Positions 36,357-45,398 of a stretch of 64,000 bases of DNA are shown piece by piece. The stretch spans positions 92,168 to 156,167 of the forward strand of contig JAFGJD010000005.1 of assembly GCA_016929235.1 (NCBI GenBank). Direction: 5' to 3'. The translations under genes and the position numbers were made by a program. Below the pieces are notes generated by a model that made no database searches, was not told the origin of the DNA, and saw only the letters and a program-made list of their open reading frames with translations. The first letter of the stretch is position 1. Every line of letters starts with the position of its first letter. Source of the stretch: Candidatus Babeliales bacterium (GTDB taxonomy: Bacteria; Babelota; Babeliae; Babelales; JABCYS01).

Positions 36357-37679
36357 CTAGAGATATCTATCAATCATACGTTGATGTGATCCGTCTGGCT
36401 TCAGTACCCATCCACCAGTATGGGACACATAAACCACTCCCCTCCCCCAGGTCATGGCCTGCATCCTTGCATATAACCACAATACTCTCTGAAAGTACGG
36501 GGTATGCATAAACCAACTATCATTAACTAGAACCACAATCGGCTCGTTCCCACAAGGCGCAGCAGACGCGAAGAAGAAATCAGAGCAGATCATGGGAATA
36601 AAGGGAAGTGATCCAAACATCATTATAGGCCGCTCGGAGCAAGGCGCGGAGAAAGGTCTACACTTGCTGAGGAAAAGTCCTTTGAAAAATGGAATTTGGT
36701 TCCATATGGTCGGTAGGTATTCAACGAAGGGAAACCTATGTTGTTTTTCATAAGCTTGTATTATCGGACCATTTTTAAAATAATAAAACTTATTGTATAA
36801 ATTACCGTTTGTTTCGCCATGTGCGCCAATGATACAAGGTACTCGTGTCATTGCCAATGTTTGCATGCATCGCTCATAGTTGTTGATTGGAAATCGCAGT
36901 GTCGACTCTGGTGCTATACAACAGACTACATCTTGATGAAGATCATGAACCGCCTCGATTGAAGATACAATCTCCTGTACGCCATCCCAGAGCGACAGAT
37001 GTTTATCTGGTGGAGCTACATAACCCAACTTCGGAATCTCACACCCACTATGAGTAAAGAAAGAACCAAAAACAATCAGAATAAGCGCCCCGCTCGCTAG
37101 CAAGAGCGAGTGTCGTGTATGCTTTCCGCATACAGCATTAACAAACAACAAAGGAACAACCAAAAAGAGAAGTAATGCAGCATGGTGCCCATATGCAAGA
37201 AGGCCCCTACTCATCCATGGCCACTCACACAATGGAAGATATGGACATACCATAGAAATACCTTCGTTGTGACCAATAATAAAAAAGATGCGTGAGGTAA
37301 CGAGATACCAATAGATATACGTTGTTGCCAGCCATGACCAGATTGTATTACTAAGTCGTGTCGCTGCCCAGAACCACAGACCTGAATATATCGCACAATA
37401 ACAAATAAGGAGTACGTATCCAAGCTCACGCCCAACGCCATCCGCCTGTGTATGAAGCAAGACTGCGCTGAACCAGAACGTACCACCAAACGAAACCAAT
37501 CCCCATACATATCCGTGCTTGAAAGAATACACTCGTCTGTTCAAAACTGAATACCACAAGGGAACGAAGGCTGCCCACGAAAGACATCCTAGCCATGGCG
37601 AACAAAGAAACGCCAGCACATACAACAGCGCAGAGTAAAGAACCATTATCATGATGCACTCCATGATGTTATGACCCAC
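36357..37679 (-). CDS. lnt: Apolipoprotein N-acyltransferase-like protein (multi-TM N-domain plus CN-hydrolase domain)
   Basis: The N-terminal half has about 6 TM helices. The C-terminal nitrilase-type triad contexts match Lnt: IAPEST (Glu), YEKQHRFPFVEYLP (Lys) and PMICSDFFF (Cys). At ~430-440 aa it is shorter than E. coli Lnt. Confidence 0.7.
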   Translation of the reverse strand: MGHNIMECIMIMVLYSALLYVLAFLCSPWLGCLSWAAFVPLWYSVLNRRVYSFKHGYVWGLVSFGGTFWFSAVLLHTQADGVGRELGYVLLICYCAIYSGLWFWAATRLSNTIWSWLATTYIYWYLVTSRIFFIIGHNEGISMVCPYLPLCEWPWMSRGLLAYGHHAALLLFLVVPLLFVNAVCGKHTRHSLLLASGALILIVFGSFFTHSGCEIPKLGYVAPPDKHLSLWDGVQEIVSSIEAVHDLHQDVVCCIAPESTLRFPINNYERCMQTLAMTRVPCIIGAHGETNGNLYNKFYYFKNGPIIQAYEKQHRFPFVEYLPTIWNQIPFFKGLFLSKCRPFSAPCSERPIMMFGSLPFIPMICSDFFFASAAPCGNEPIVVLVNDSWFMHTPYFQRVLWLYARMQAMTWGRGVVYVSHTGGWVLKPDGSHQRMIDRYL

Positions 37680-38071
37680 TTATCATCATTGCGGGCCAAC
37701 ACGCACGAAACTCGACCACAGTGTACACCCTGCTCGAGCAATTGTGCACAAACCGTAACCTGATCGCCATGATAGTCACACATAATCTTCCCCGAATAGT
37801 GTGCATCGCCGGGAGGCCATGAACGAAACACCACCGGTTCGTCAATATTTTTATGGGCGCGTATCATCGCACAGCCCGCCCTCGCTAATCCTTCAGAAAG
37901 AAGGATCCGTTGTTCATGCTGCAGACGGTATCGCCATTGCTGTGCAAGCGCACCGTATGATCGCCACATGGCAAGAGTCAACGTTGTACACACACCGATA
38001 AATAACACCACCAGGAGCATTGCCGATCCTCGTCCTACCATACCGCCCCCACTCTTCGTACAACATCCCAC
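37649..38071 (-). CDS. Pseudopilin-like protein (GspK/ComGG-like hydrophobic N-terminus)
   Basis: GRGSAMLLVVLFIGVCTTLTLAMW is followed by a small soluble domain. It overlaps both neighbours. Confidence 0.45.
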   Translation of the reverse strand: MGCCTKSGGGMVGRGSAMLLVVLFIGVCTTLTLAMWRSYGALAQQWRYRLQHEQRILLSEGLARAGCAMIRAHKNIDEPVVFRSWPPGDAHYSGKIMCDYHGDQVTVCAQLLEQGVHCGRVSCVLARNDDKWVITSWSAS

Positions 38072-38553
38072 GAAAGCTCATATCGTTGTCCTCGTCGCTC
38101 AAGAACAAGTACCACATGAAGTAGATCATCCTGTCGCTTGAAACAACACTTTGCAACGTCATGGGCCATCGCAATCGAACGCTTCGTTAACCACTGATAT
38201 GCATGCACATCATACGTACCAACAATGCGACACAGTGTTCCACTATGCAGCTCCCACCCATAGGCACCATTATCGTTACTACAGATCATGCAGTCATCAA
38301 AGCAATATACTTCTCGTGCACGATGATAGTCCGCACAGATAACATCGTGAAGACGCAGGCAAACAGACTGCAGCTGAGAACGTGTGCATAAATCTTGGTA
38401 TGCAGGCACCATCTGCACAATACGCGTCAGGACCAGAACACAGACCATGCTGACCAATGCAAGATACACAATAACTTCAACAAGCGTTATACCAATACGA
38501 TTGTTGTTAATATCATGTCCTGCTCGCCATGTTTTAGAACGACCCATCGACAT
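38035..38553 (-). CDS. Minor pseudopilin (type II secretion / type IV pilus class)
   Basis: The class III signal is NRIG|ITLVEVIVYLALVSMVCVLVL, with Glu at +5. Confidence 0.6.
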   Translation of the reverse strand: MSMGRSKTWRAGHDINNNRIGITLVEVIVYLALVSMVCVLVLTRIVQMVPAYQDLCTRSQLQSVCLRLHDVICADYHRAREVYCFDDCMICSNDNGAYGWELHSGTLCRIVGTYDVHAYQWLTKRSIAMAHDVAKCCFKRQDDLLHVVLVLERRGQRYELSWDVVRRVGAVW

Positions 38554-38858
38554 CCTGGAATAACCTCTCCGGCATCGGTTACTACTGTTCTTTCATCCCA
38601 CACATACCTCGAAGCCACCCCTCGAGAAAGAATCGTTTTCCCTTGCAGGCGCTGCTCCAATAATGAACGCATCTGAATAAGAGAAAGCACGAGCCTCTCG
38701 TGTTCGTATTGGCGCATCATCAGACTCGCATACTGCTGTTGAATCAAAAGCCCGATCATGGTGAAAACACCAATAGCAATCATAACCTCTATAAGGAGAA
38801 AACCCTGAGTTTTACATTGACTTTGTAGCCTGCCACAGGTACGTTTACGTATGATCAT
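38487..38858 (-). CDS. Minor pseudopilin (type II secretion / type IV pilus class)
   Basis: The class III signal is KTQG|FLLIEVMIAIGVFTMIGLLI, with Glu at +5. It is the first gene of the pseudopilin-lnt operon. Confidence 0.65.
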   Translation of the reverse strand: MIIRKRTCGRLQSQCKTQGFLLIEVMIAIGVFTMIGLLIQQQYASLMMRQYEHERLVLSLIQMRSLLEQRLQGKTILSRGVASRYVWDERTVVTDAGEVIPGCRWVVLKHGEQDMILTTIVLV

Positions 38859-38910
38859 AATGTCCCCTCATAAAGCACTGGGGACATACTACTATGAGAG
38901 GAACTCCATT

Positions 38911-40623
38911 ATGAATATCTCATCAAAGATCAAACAGATTTTCTTTGTCGCACTCAGCCTTCTATACCTCAATTCAACAATCGAGGCACAACAAGGACCA
39001 AATCCAAACCTACAACAGTTTGCGGCCAATATGCCAATGCCTACCGAAGAGGAAATACAGGCAGCATCAGCCTTTCTTGAAGACTTCTTCAATAATATGA
39101 GTGATGAAGAGATGGCTGATTTTATGCAGTTTTATGAAGGATTTGTGCAGGATATCGAAAGCGGCAAAATCAAAGTAGAAGATATCTTTGGCCCATTACC
39201 CGAACAACCACCGGTTACGCCACAAGAGCCGAAAAAGCCCGAACCTCAAAACCTTCCTGAACAAAAACCGGCTCCGGTTACCCAGGATAATCTAAGAGAT
39301 AAAAAAGCAACTGCAGAAATAATCAAAAAACTAATCGCATCTATCACGTCACTCAAGACAAAAGCGGCAAGTTCTCACAAAGTGCTTACCACGATTGAGC
39401 CGTTATCAAAAGAAATTGATACTCTCGTGTACTATCTATATGCACTGGAAAAGCCAGAACATATCCAGCAACTTGTTACAGATAAAGAACTCATACCATT
39501 ACACGACCAGCTCAAGTCATTGCAACAAGTAATGGAACAATACGAACCACGACTTGCTATTCCTGAGTTTGGCATCGGCCCTCAAAATCCTCAAGAAAAA
39601 GAAGCCTCTAAAAAGGCTCTCAGCGAAATAATCAATGCATTCAAGAAAGCATTCTCTGCCGAAAATATATTGGAGAAGTTGGAGAAATTATTTGAAAAAT
39701 ATGAGCCAGAAATTTTAAAACAAAAAAAAGCAGCTGAAGATGCAGAGGAACGGGCAAAACAAGAACTTGCTGCTATGAAAGGATGGCGCCAAGACCCTTC
39801 TCGCGTTGCACCAGAACCTAGAGAACGTAACTATCCAACGCGCTACTCAGATCGCGGGTCATACGGAGGAGGATACCAGGACTACAGTGTACCTTCTGTA
39901 GGTAGCGGTTCTATACAACCGCCACGCCAGTTCAGTGGTGCTCCATCATCGCTGCCACCGGCACCAAAAACATCTACTCCAACGGTCGTAGGTTCACAAA
40001 CGCATCAACTTCCCGCTCCACCAGAAACAAAGCCATCGGCAAAGAAATCCGAACCTGAAAAAACAAAGATTGAGACACCAGCGGAAGATCATCTGATTAC
40101 AAATAAGCTGACAGATCTTAAAGAGGCTCTAGGTGATGCAAGTAAGGCTGCTACTGAAGTCAACAAAACAACAAAAAACGATCTACCTATGTACCTCATA
40201 ACAAACAGCACAACAGCAGACGAAAAACAGGCAAAAGAAATAAATAAGAAACTCGAAACGTGTATTGAATCACTTACCGATGCAAAGAAATACAAAAAGA
40301 GCGTAGAATCTCGCATCGAATCAGCTAAACGTTCGGACTATACCAGCAAAGTAAATGAAACAATGATGAGGGTTCAACCATCACTCAAGCACCTCTATGA
40401 CTCATTGTACAATGCACTAGATAACTATACCCCCACCGTTCAAGCTCGACACATGGGATATGAGATCAAGGGGGTAAAGAAGCTTACCGACAGAAATCTG
40501 ATTGAGTCGTTCCAAGAATTGTATGAGGATCTCTATAATCCTCCACAAAAAGCACAACGAAAAGAAAAGAGTAAGAAAGTAGCTGCGCCGGAACCTGTTA
40601 AAACTATGGAGGAAATGAGCTGA
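38911..40623 (+). CDS. Hypothetical secreted protein with Pro/Lys/Glu-rich linkers (570 aa)
   Basis: The signal peptide is MNISSKIKQIFFVALSLLYLNSTIEA. Low-complexity PEQPPVTPQEPKKPEPQNLPEQKPAP and PPAPKTSTPT segments sit between helical regions. It is divergent from the pseudopilin operon. Confidence 0.6.
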   Translation: MNISSKIKQIFFVALSLLYLNSTIEAQQGPNPNLQQFAANMPMPTEEEIQAASAFLEDFFNNMSDEEMADFMQFYEGFVQDIESGKIKVEDIFGPLPEQPPVTPQEPKKPEPQNLPEQKPAPVTQDNLRDKKATAEIIKKLIASITSLKTKAASSHKVLTTIEPLSKEIDTLVYYLYALEKPEHIQQLVTDKELIPLHDQLKSLQQVMEQYEPRLAIPEFGIGPQNPQEKEASKKALSEIINAFKKAFSAENILEKLEKLFEKYEPEILKQKKAAEDAEERAKQELAAMKGWRQDPSRVAPEPRERNYPTRYSDRGSYGGGYQDYSVPSVGSGSIQPPRQFSGAPSSLPPAPKTSTPTVVGSQTHQLPAPPETKPSAKKSEPEKTKIETPAEDHLITNKLTDLKEALGDASKAATEVNKTTKNDLPMYLITNSTTADEKQAKEINKKLETCIESLTDAKKYKKSVESRIESAKRSDYTSKVNETMMRVQPSLKHLYDSLYNALDNYTPTVQARHMGYEIKGVKKLTDRNLIESFQELYEDLYNPPQKAQRKEKSKKVAAPEPVKTMEEMS

Positions 40624-41505
40624 TTAGCGCCACCCGATGTAATGCCAGATTCCGCCAGTCTCGGAAGGTTCTCCTTGAAGTTGCCGAGTGAGGGCTTCGT
40701 TGTCACGTTGAAGCTGTTCGTTCATTGCTCGTAGCTCTTGTTCCTCAACTGCAACTCTTTCTCGTGCTTCCCGCTCTGCATCGCGTCCCCGTCTGTCAGC
40801 TGCACCAATTTGCGCCAACGCTCTTTCAGTTAGTTGCCTAATCTCTTCACGAGTAGCACGTCGAACATCCTCAAGCTCTTCTTGTCTTTGTACCAATTGT
40901 TGTGAGAGGGAAACACACTGTCTCCCAAGGGCCTCTCGACTTCGATGAGCTCTTTCTCGTTCGTCAACGGCTCTTACGGCCACGTCTTGAGCCCCATCGC
41001 GTTCTCTGCGAGCTTGCTCAGCTTCCTGCATATGCGCCTCCGCCCGAGTGAATAATGCATCCTGTACTTGCTGAAACGCGCCGATATTAAGATCTCTATC
41101 TACTACATCAGATCTTAGCTGCCTTTTTTCCTCACGTAAGCCGCGTATCTCCCGAACTTGATCAGCGATTGTTCTACGGTAGGATCTTTTATCGTAGGAA
41201 TTTTTTGCTAACCACCCCATGGCGATTATACATGCACCAGATAAAACATAATGCTCCTGTATATCTTCCGTGGCCTGCAGGAAAAACTTATTGAGAGCAA
41301 CGCTTGCCGTTTGAGGAAAGGATACCACCCCGTTCCAGAGCGATGCAGCTTTATCGGCAAGTGATTGAGTGTGTGCTGCAAGGGCATGTCCACCTTGACC
41401 ATCACTCTGGATGGACAAACCAAGAACAGACTTGTCGTGATTAGAGTCCTCACCGTATCCATATACAGGGAGAACCGCTAAACTTAGGAGAACCAATCGT
41501 TTCAT
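40624..41505 (-). CDS. Bitopic membrane protein with ~190-aa Arg/Glu-rich coiled-coil tail (family member)
   Basis: The signal peptide is MKRLVLLSLAVLPVYGYG and the internal hydrophobic segment is SGACIIAMGWLA. The tail follows: KRSYRRTIADQVREIRGLREEKRQL...RQEELEDVRRATREEIRQL... Two hand-counted 60-nt samples gave 52-58% GC. Confidence 0.6.
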   Translation of the reverse strand: MKRLVLLSLAVLPVYGYGEDSNHDKSVLGLSIQSDGQGGHALAAHTQSLADKAASLWNGVVSFPQTASVALNKFFLQATEDIQEHYVLSGACIIAMGWLAKNSYDKRSYRRTIADQVREIRGLREEKRQLRSDVVDRDLNIGAFQQVQDALFTRAEAHMQEAEQARRERDGAQDVAVRAVDERERAHRSREALGRQCVSLSQQLVQRQEELEDVRRATREEIRQLTERALAQIGAADRRGRDAEREARERVAVEEQELRAMNEQLQRDNEALTRQLQGEPSETGGIWHYIGWR

Positions 41506-41609
41506 GTAGCATCCTAGAATCATTATTATAACTTCCATTTAGTACTCTAGAGGCTACCTGAAAGGCTATTCCTGGTCAAAAGCCAGCAACAACCCATCTA
41601 TCATGGCTG

Positions 41610-42419
41610 CTAAGGCAGCGCGTCTACTACTTCTAACATCGCTCTAAGGGACTCATCCACCGCATTACCGCCTGGAATAACCTCTGCACCGCCGGCATTT
41701 TTCGTATGTTCTGCCTCAACTGCATCAAGTCTGCGGCGAAACTCTCGATTTTCTTTCACAAGTTTATCGTAATTTACTAATAAAGCTGTCACTGCACCTT
41801 CAATAGACGCATCTGAACCCCTAATACCACCTTGAGAAACAGACCTTACAAGTGTCCCGCCTGGGGGATAGTGCGCCCCTTCACGACGTTCTTCTCTGCG
41901 TAACTCAACGTGTTCATCGCGGTTAGATCGCCACCGAGCAACCAAGATCCCTGCCAAGATGCCAATCCCGCCAACAAGACCAGCGACTTTACGACTAATG
42001 GTCGGCAGCATAGCCTGAACTTGGGCAAGATGAAATCGCCAACGCGCAGCCATAGACGCATTATCGGGAAGATAGCCTATCCCGCTAGCACTGGACATTG
42101 AAGTGACCGCCGTATCTTGGGATGCTGTTGTGACATCGAATAAGTTTGCATAGGGTGATATTGCCTCCACTGCCATTCCACTCATATCACGAGAAGGAAT
42201 ATCCTCTACTGCCTCCGCTTGGATCTCTTTTAGTGCATCTTCAAGCGCAGCCTCACATTGCTCGGACACCTCAGATTCTAGGCTCACGGCTGTTTGTTCG
42301 TTTGTAACCGTTTTTTTACGTGGAATCAGCACGGCTTGTTCATGTCCTATATGACAACTGCAGCGCGCCTCAACCTGCCCACACATCAAACTCATCATAA
42401 CTAGCAATATTACAAACAT
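41610..42419 (-). CDS. Bitopic membrane protein with charged helical tail (family member)
   Basis: The signal peptide is MFVILLVMMSLMCGQVEA and the ectodomain is acidic. The TM is VAGLVGGIGILAGILVA, followed by RWRSNRDEHVELRREERREG... Confidence 0.6.
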   Translation of the reverse strand: MFVILLVMMSLMCGQVEARCSCHIGHEQAVLIPRKKTVTNEQTAVSLESEVSEQCEAALEDALKEIQAEAVEDIPSRDMSGMAVEAISPYANLFDVTTASQDTAVTSMSSASGIGYLPDNASMAARWRFHLAQVQAMLPTISRKVAGLVGGIGILAGILVARWRSNRDEHVELRREERREGAHYPPGGTLVRSVSQGGIRGSDASIEGAVTALLVNYDKLVKENREFRRRLDAVEAEHTKNAGGAEVIPGGNAVDESLRAMLEVVDALP

Positions 42420-42473
42420 TGCGCCCTCCTGGTTACTCGCTCTTGACCGTTCGCATATTGTAAAAAAGGCGAA

Positions 42474-45281
42474 CTAGTTTGAAACCACTTCCTCACACCT
42501 CTGGCATAATCCATGCTCGTGCAACGATATGTCCCACTGCCAGCATCGTGGGCATTTTACTCCATCTGCATGCTCAACTGCAACCGCTACCCCAGAAAGA
42601 ACCGTTGCTTTAAGGCCCTGGGCACGGTCCACAAACATAAGTTGCGATACAATACACCACTCCTTTATAGACCGCATATATGCATCACCAAACGAATCAA
42701 ATAATTGCTTGAGCGGCGCGAGCTCTTTTCTACTCCAATCACAATGCACTGTGACTTTGGCATCAAGCGAATGTTTAACAACACCCTCTTCACGCTTCAA
42801 CTCAATCGCCTTGAGTACAACAGCGCGAAACTCATGGAACAACTCCCATTGCTTTTGTCGCTTACTATCAAAACGATACATAGCCGGAACTTCTGTAAAA
42901 TTCTGTTCATGAATCGAACACAACTTATTGCTTTGATAATGGTCAGAAATTAATTCAGACGTAAATGACAGTACCGGAGCAATGACATGCGTCAATGTAT
43001 CAAGAATATGCCATACAACTGTCTGCGCCGAGCGACGTTTGTGACCGCCCGCTTGCTCGACATACAAACGATCCTTGATAATGTCTAAATAAAACGAACT
43101 CAACGACCGGGCACTGTATTCCCCAAGAATATGAAACACCGCCGTAAAATCATACGCATCATATGCTTCTCGCAATGATGCATTCACACGCGCAAGTTCA
43201 TCGAGGGCATACTGATCTAATGGCAGCATCTTATCATATGGAACCGCGTCATGGTCATGCGAAAAGTCATACACATTCGAAAGTAAGAATCGACACGTGT
43301 TACGCACCTTGCGATACACCTCTTGTACATTCTTGAGCAATGTTGGTGATACAATCGCATCACCTTCAAACGAGATGCTGGATACCCATAAACGTAGGCC
43401 ATCTGTTCCCAACTGCTTGATAATGTCATCCGGAGCAACAACGTTACCGAGCGACTTGGACATCTTTTTGCCATGCTCATCCACCGTGAACCCGTGCGTT
43501 ACCACGGAGCGATAACACGGTTCATTCGAGAGCACTAAACTCGTTAACAAGGAACTTTGGAACCATCCACGGTGTTGATCAACCCCTTCAAGGTACATGT
43601 CTGCTGGATACCCAAGCTCAGGATTATCCTGTAGCACTGCATAGTGACTCACACCGGAATCAAACCACACATCAAGAATATCCTGTTCTTTGATGTACTC
43701 ATCAGGTGTATTCCCTTGTTCACGTAATGCATCGGGGAAAATATCTTTGATCAAAACCGTATCCCAATACTCGATACCATGTCGATACACCCCGGCCGCA
43801 ACGCGCTCAACAAGTTGCGCATCAATATACGCCTTGCCCGTCTGCGTGTGCACAAGCGCTGGGATCGGAACACCCCATACGCGTTGACGCGAGAGACACC
43901 ATTCAAGTCTGTTTTGCACTGAAGCCTTTAAGAAATTTTTAGAACGTTCCGGAATAAATGTCACCGTATCAATTGCTTTAAGCGCACGTTCACGAAGATC
44001 ACCCTGCGACAGGTCACAGAACCACTGACTCGTTGCACGGAATATCAATCCGTTACGGCAACGCCAACAATGTGGATACGAGTGACGAATACTCCCCTTG
44101 TACATAAGCATGCCATTACCAGCAAGAGCCTTGATCACCCATCCTTGCGCATCGTTGATCGACATGCCTTCGAGCTCTTTTGGCATAATGCCACTCGTGT
44201 ACTTACCGTCTGGAGATAATGGTGAAAAAATCTCAAGGCCATAGCGAACACCCATCTCATAATCTTCAGGACCACATCCGGGAGCGCTATGCACACATGC
44301 TGTTCCATCATCAAGTGATACAAATCCATCAGCAAGCACGGGTACTGTTCGAGTGGTATCAAATGGATGGACAAGCGTTGCATTCACTAATTGTTCTGCA
44401 GGAACCTCAGCAACAACTTTTTTCTCAATGCCCATCGTATCACAGACTGCATCAGCACACGGAGCACCAACAATGAAGTACACGCCATCATGTTCAAGAA
44501 TCTGATACGTTGTTTTAGGACGAATGAATACTGCGCGATTGAGCGGCAAAGTCCATGGCGTTGTTGTCCAGATCAGCATACTGACTGGTTTTCCCGCTAG
44601 TTCTGGGAGATGGTTCTTGATTGCGTCATCGGTTAATGCAAAACGCACATAGATAGATGGATCTTTGCGATCAGAATATTCGATCTCTGCGGTTGCGAGC
44701 ACTGTCTCACATGATGCACACCACGGCACTGTTTTATTTTTCTTTTCAATGTATCCCTGCTTCACAAACGAACCGAATGCGCGCAAGATAGCCGCTTCGT
44801 ATCGTGGGTCCATTGTTTCATATGGATGAACCCAGTCCATTAGTACACCAAGTTGCTTAAACTCATGACGCTGGATATCAATCCATTTTTTTGCATAGGC
44901 ACGACATGCTTTCTTGAGGTCTTGTGAATCCAAATTTGGATGCTCTTGTGTCACTTTCAGCTCAATTGGCAGACCATGGCAATCCCAACCTGGCGTAACC
45001 GGAACGTGTTTTCCGCTCATGCGCTGTGACTTGGCAACCATGTCCTTAAGGATCTTATTGTACGCATGCCCGAGATGAATGTGACCGTTCGCGTAGGGAG
45101 GCCCGTCATGAAGAAGGAACTTTTTCTTTCCTTTATTAAGGTCAAATGTCTTGCGTGACAGATCTTCCTTGTCCCAGCGCTGCAGAAGTTGCGCATCGGA
45201 TTCTTTATGGTTTGATCGGATTGGGAAATCAGTGCGGGGAAGATTGAGGGTGTCCTTGTAACTCACCTTGGTCTGCGCCAT
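42474..45281 (-). CDS. ileS: Isoleucyl-tRNA synthetase (type 1, C-terminal zinc-binding domain)
   Basis: The motifs are the HIGH motif PYANGHIHLGHAYN, KMSKS, and a C-terminal CPRCW...CQRC. Confidence 0.97.
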   Translation of the reverse strand: MAQTKVSYKDTLNLPRTDFPIRSNHKESDAQLLQRWDKEDLSRKTFDLNKGKKKFLLHDGPPYANGHIHLGHAYNKILKDMVAKSQRMSGKHVPVTPGWDCHGLPIELKVTQEHPNLDSQDLKKACRAYAKKWIDIQRHEFKQLGVLMDWVHPYETMDPRYEAAILRAFGSFVKQGYIEKKNKTVPWCASCETVLATAEIEYSDRKDPSIYVRFALTDDAIKNHLPELAGKPVSMLIWTTTPWTLPLNRAVFIRPKTTYQILEHDGVYFIVGAPCADAVCDTMGIEKKVVAEVPAEQLVNATLVHPFDTTRTVPVLADGFVSLDDGTACVHSAPGCGPEDYEMGVRYGLEIFSPLSPDGKYTSGIMPKELEGMSINDAQGWVIKALAGNGMLMYKGSIRHSYPHCWRCRNGLIFRATSQWFCDLSQGDLRERALKAIDTVTFIPERSKNFLKASVQNRLEWCLSRQRVWGVPIPALVHTQTGKAYIDAQLVERVAAGVYRHGIEYWDTVLIKDIFPDALREQGNTPDEYIKEQDILDVWFDSGVSHYAVLQDNPELGYPADMYLEGVDQHRGWFQSSLLTSLVLSNEPCYRSVVTHGFTVDEHGKKMSKSLGNVVAPDDIIKQLGTDGLRLWVSSISFEGDAIVSPTLLKNVQEVYRKVRNTCRFLLSNVYDFSHDHDAVPYDKMLPLDQYALDELARVNASLREAYDAYDFTAVFHILGEYSARSLSSFYLDIIKDRLYVEQAGGHKRRSAQTVVWHILDTLTHVIAPVLSFTSELISDHYQSNKLCSIHEQNFTEVPAMYRFDSKRQKQWELFHEFRAVVLKAIELKREEGVVKHSLDAKVTVHCDWSRKELAPLKQLFDSFGDAYMRSIKEWCIVSQLMFVDRAQGLKATVLSGVAVAVEHADGVKCPRCWQWDISLHEHGLCQRCEEVVSN

Positions 45282-45398
45282 GGAGTAATTCCTTTTATCT
45301 ATACAGGCAAATGTTAGTTCAGTATAAGAACTTTTGGCAGTTTATACAAAACTGATATAGTGTTGTCCATCTTATAAAAAAACAGTCTAAAGGCATCC

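Noticed and set aside
42513-44600. Numerous + strand ORFs (63-127 aa) within ileS.
   Set aside because: All are antisense to the 935-aa IleRS frame, which has HIGH, KMSKS and zinc-knuckle motifs. Their compositions are implausible.
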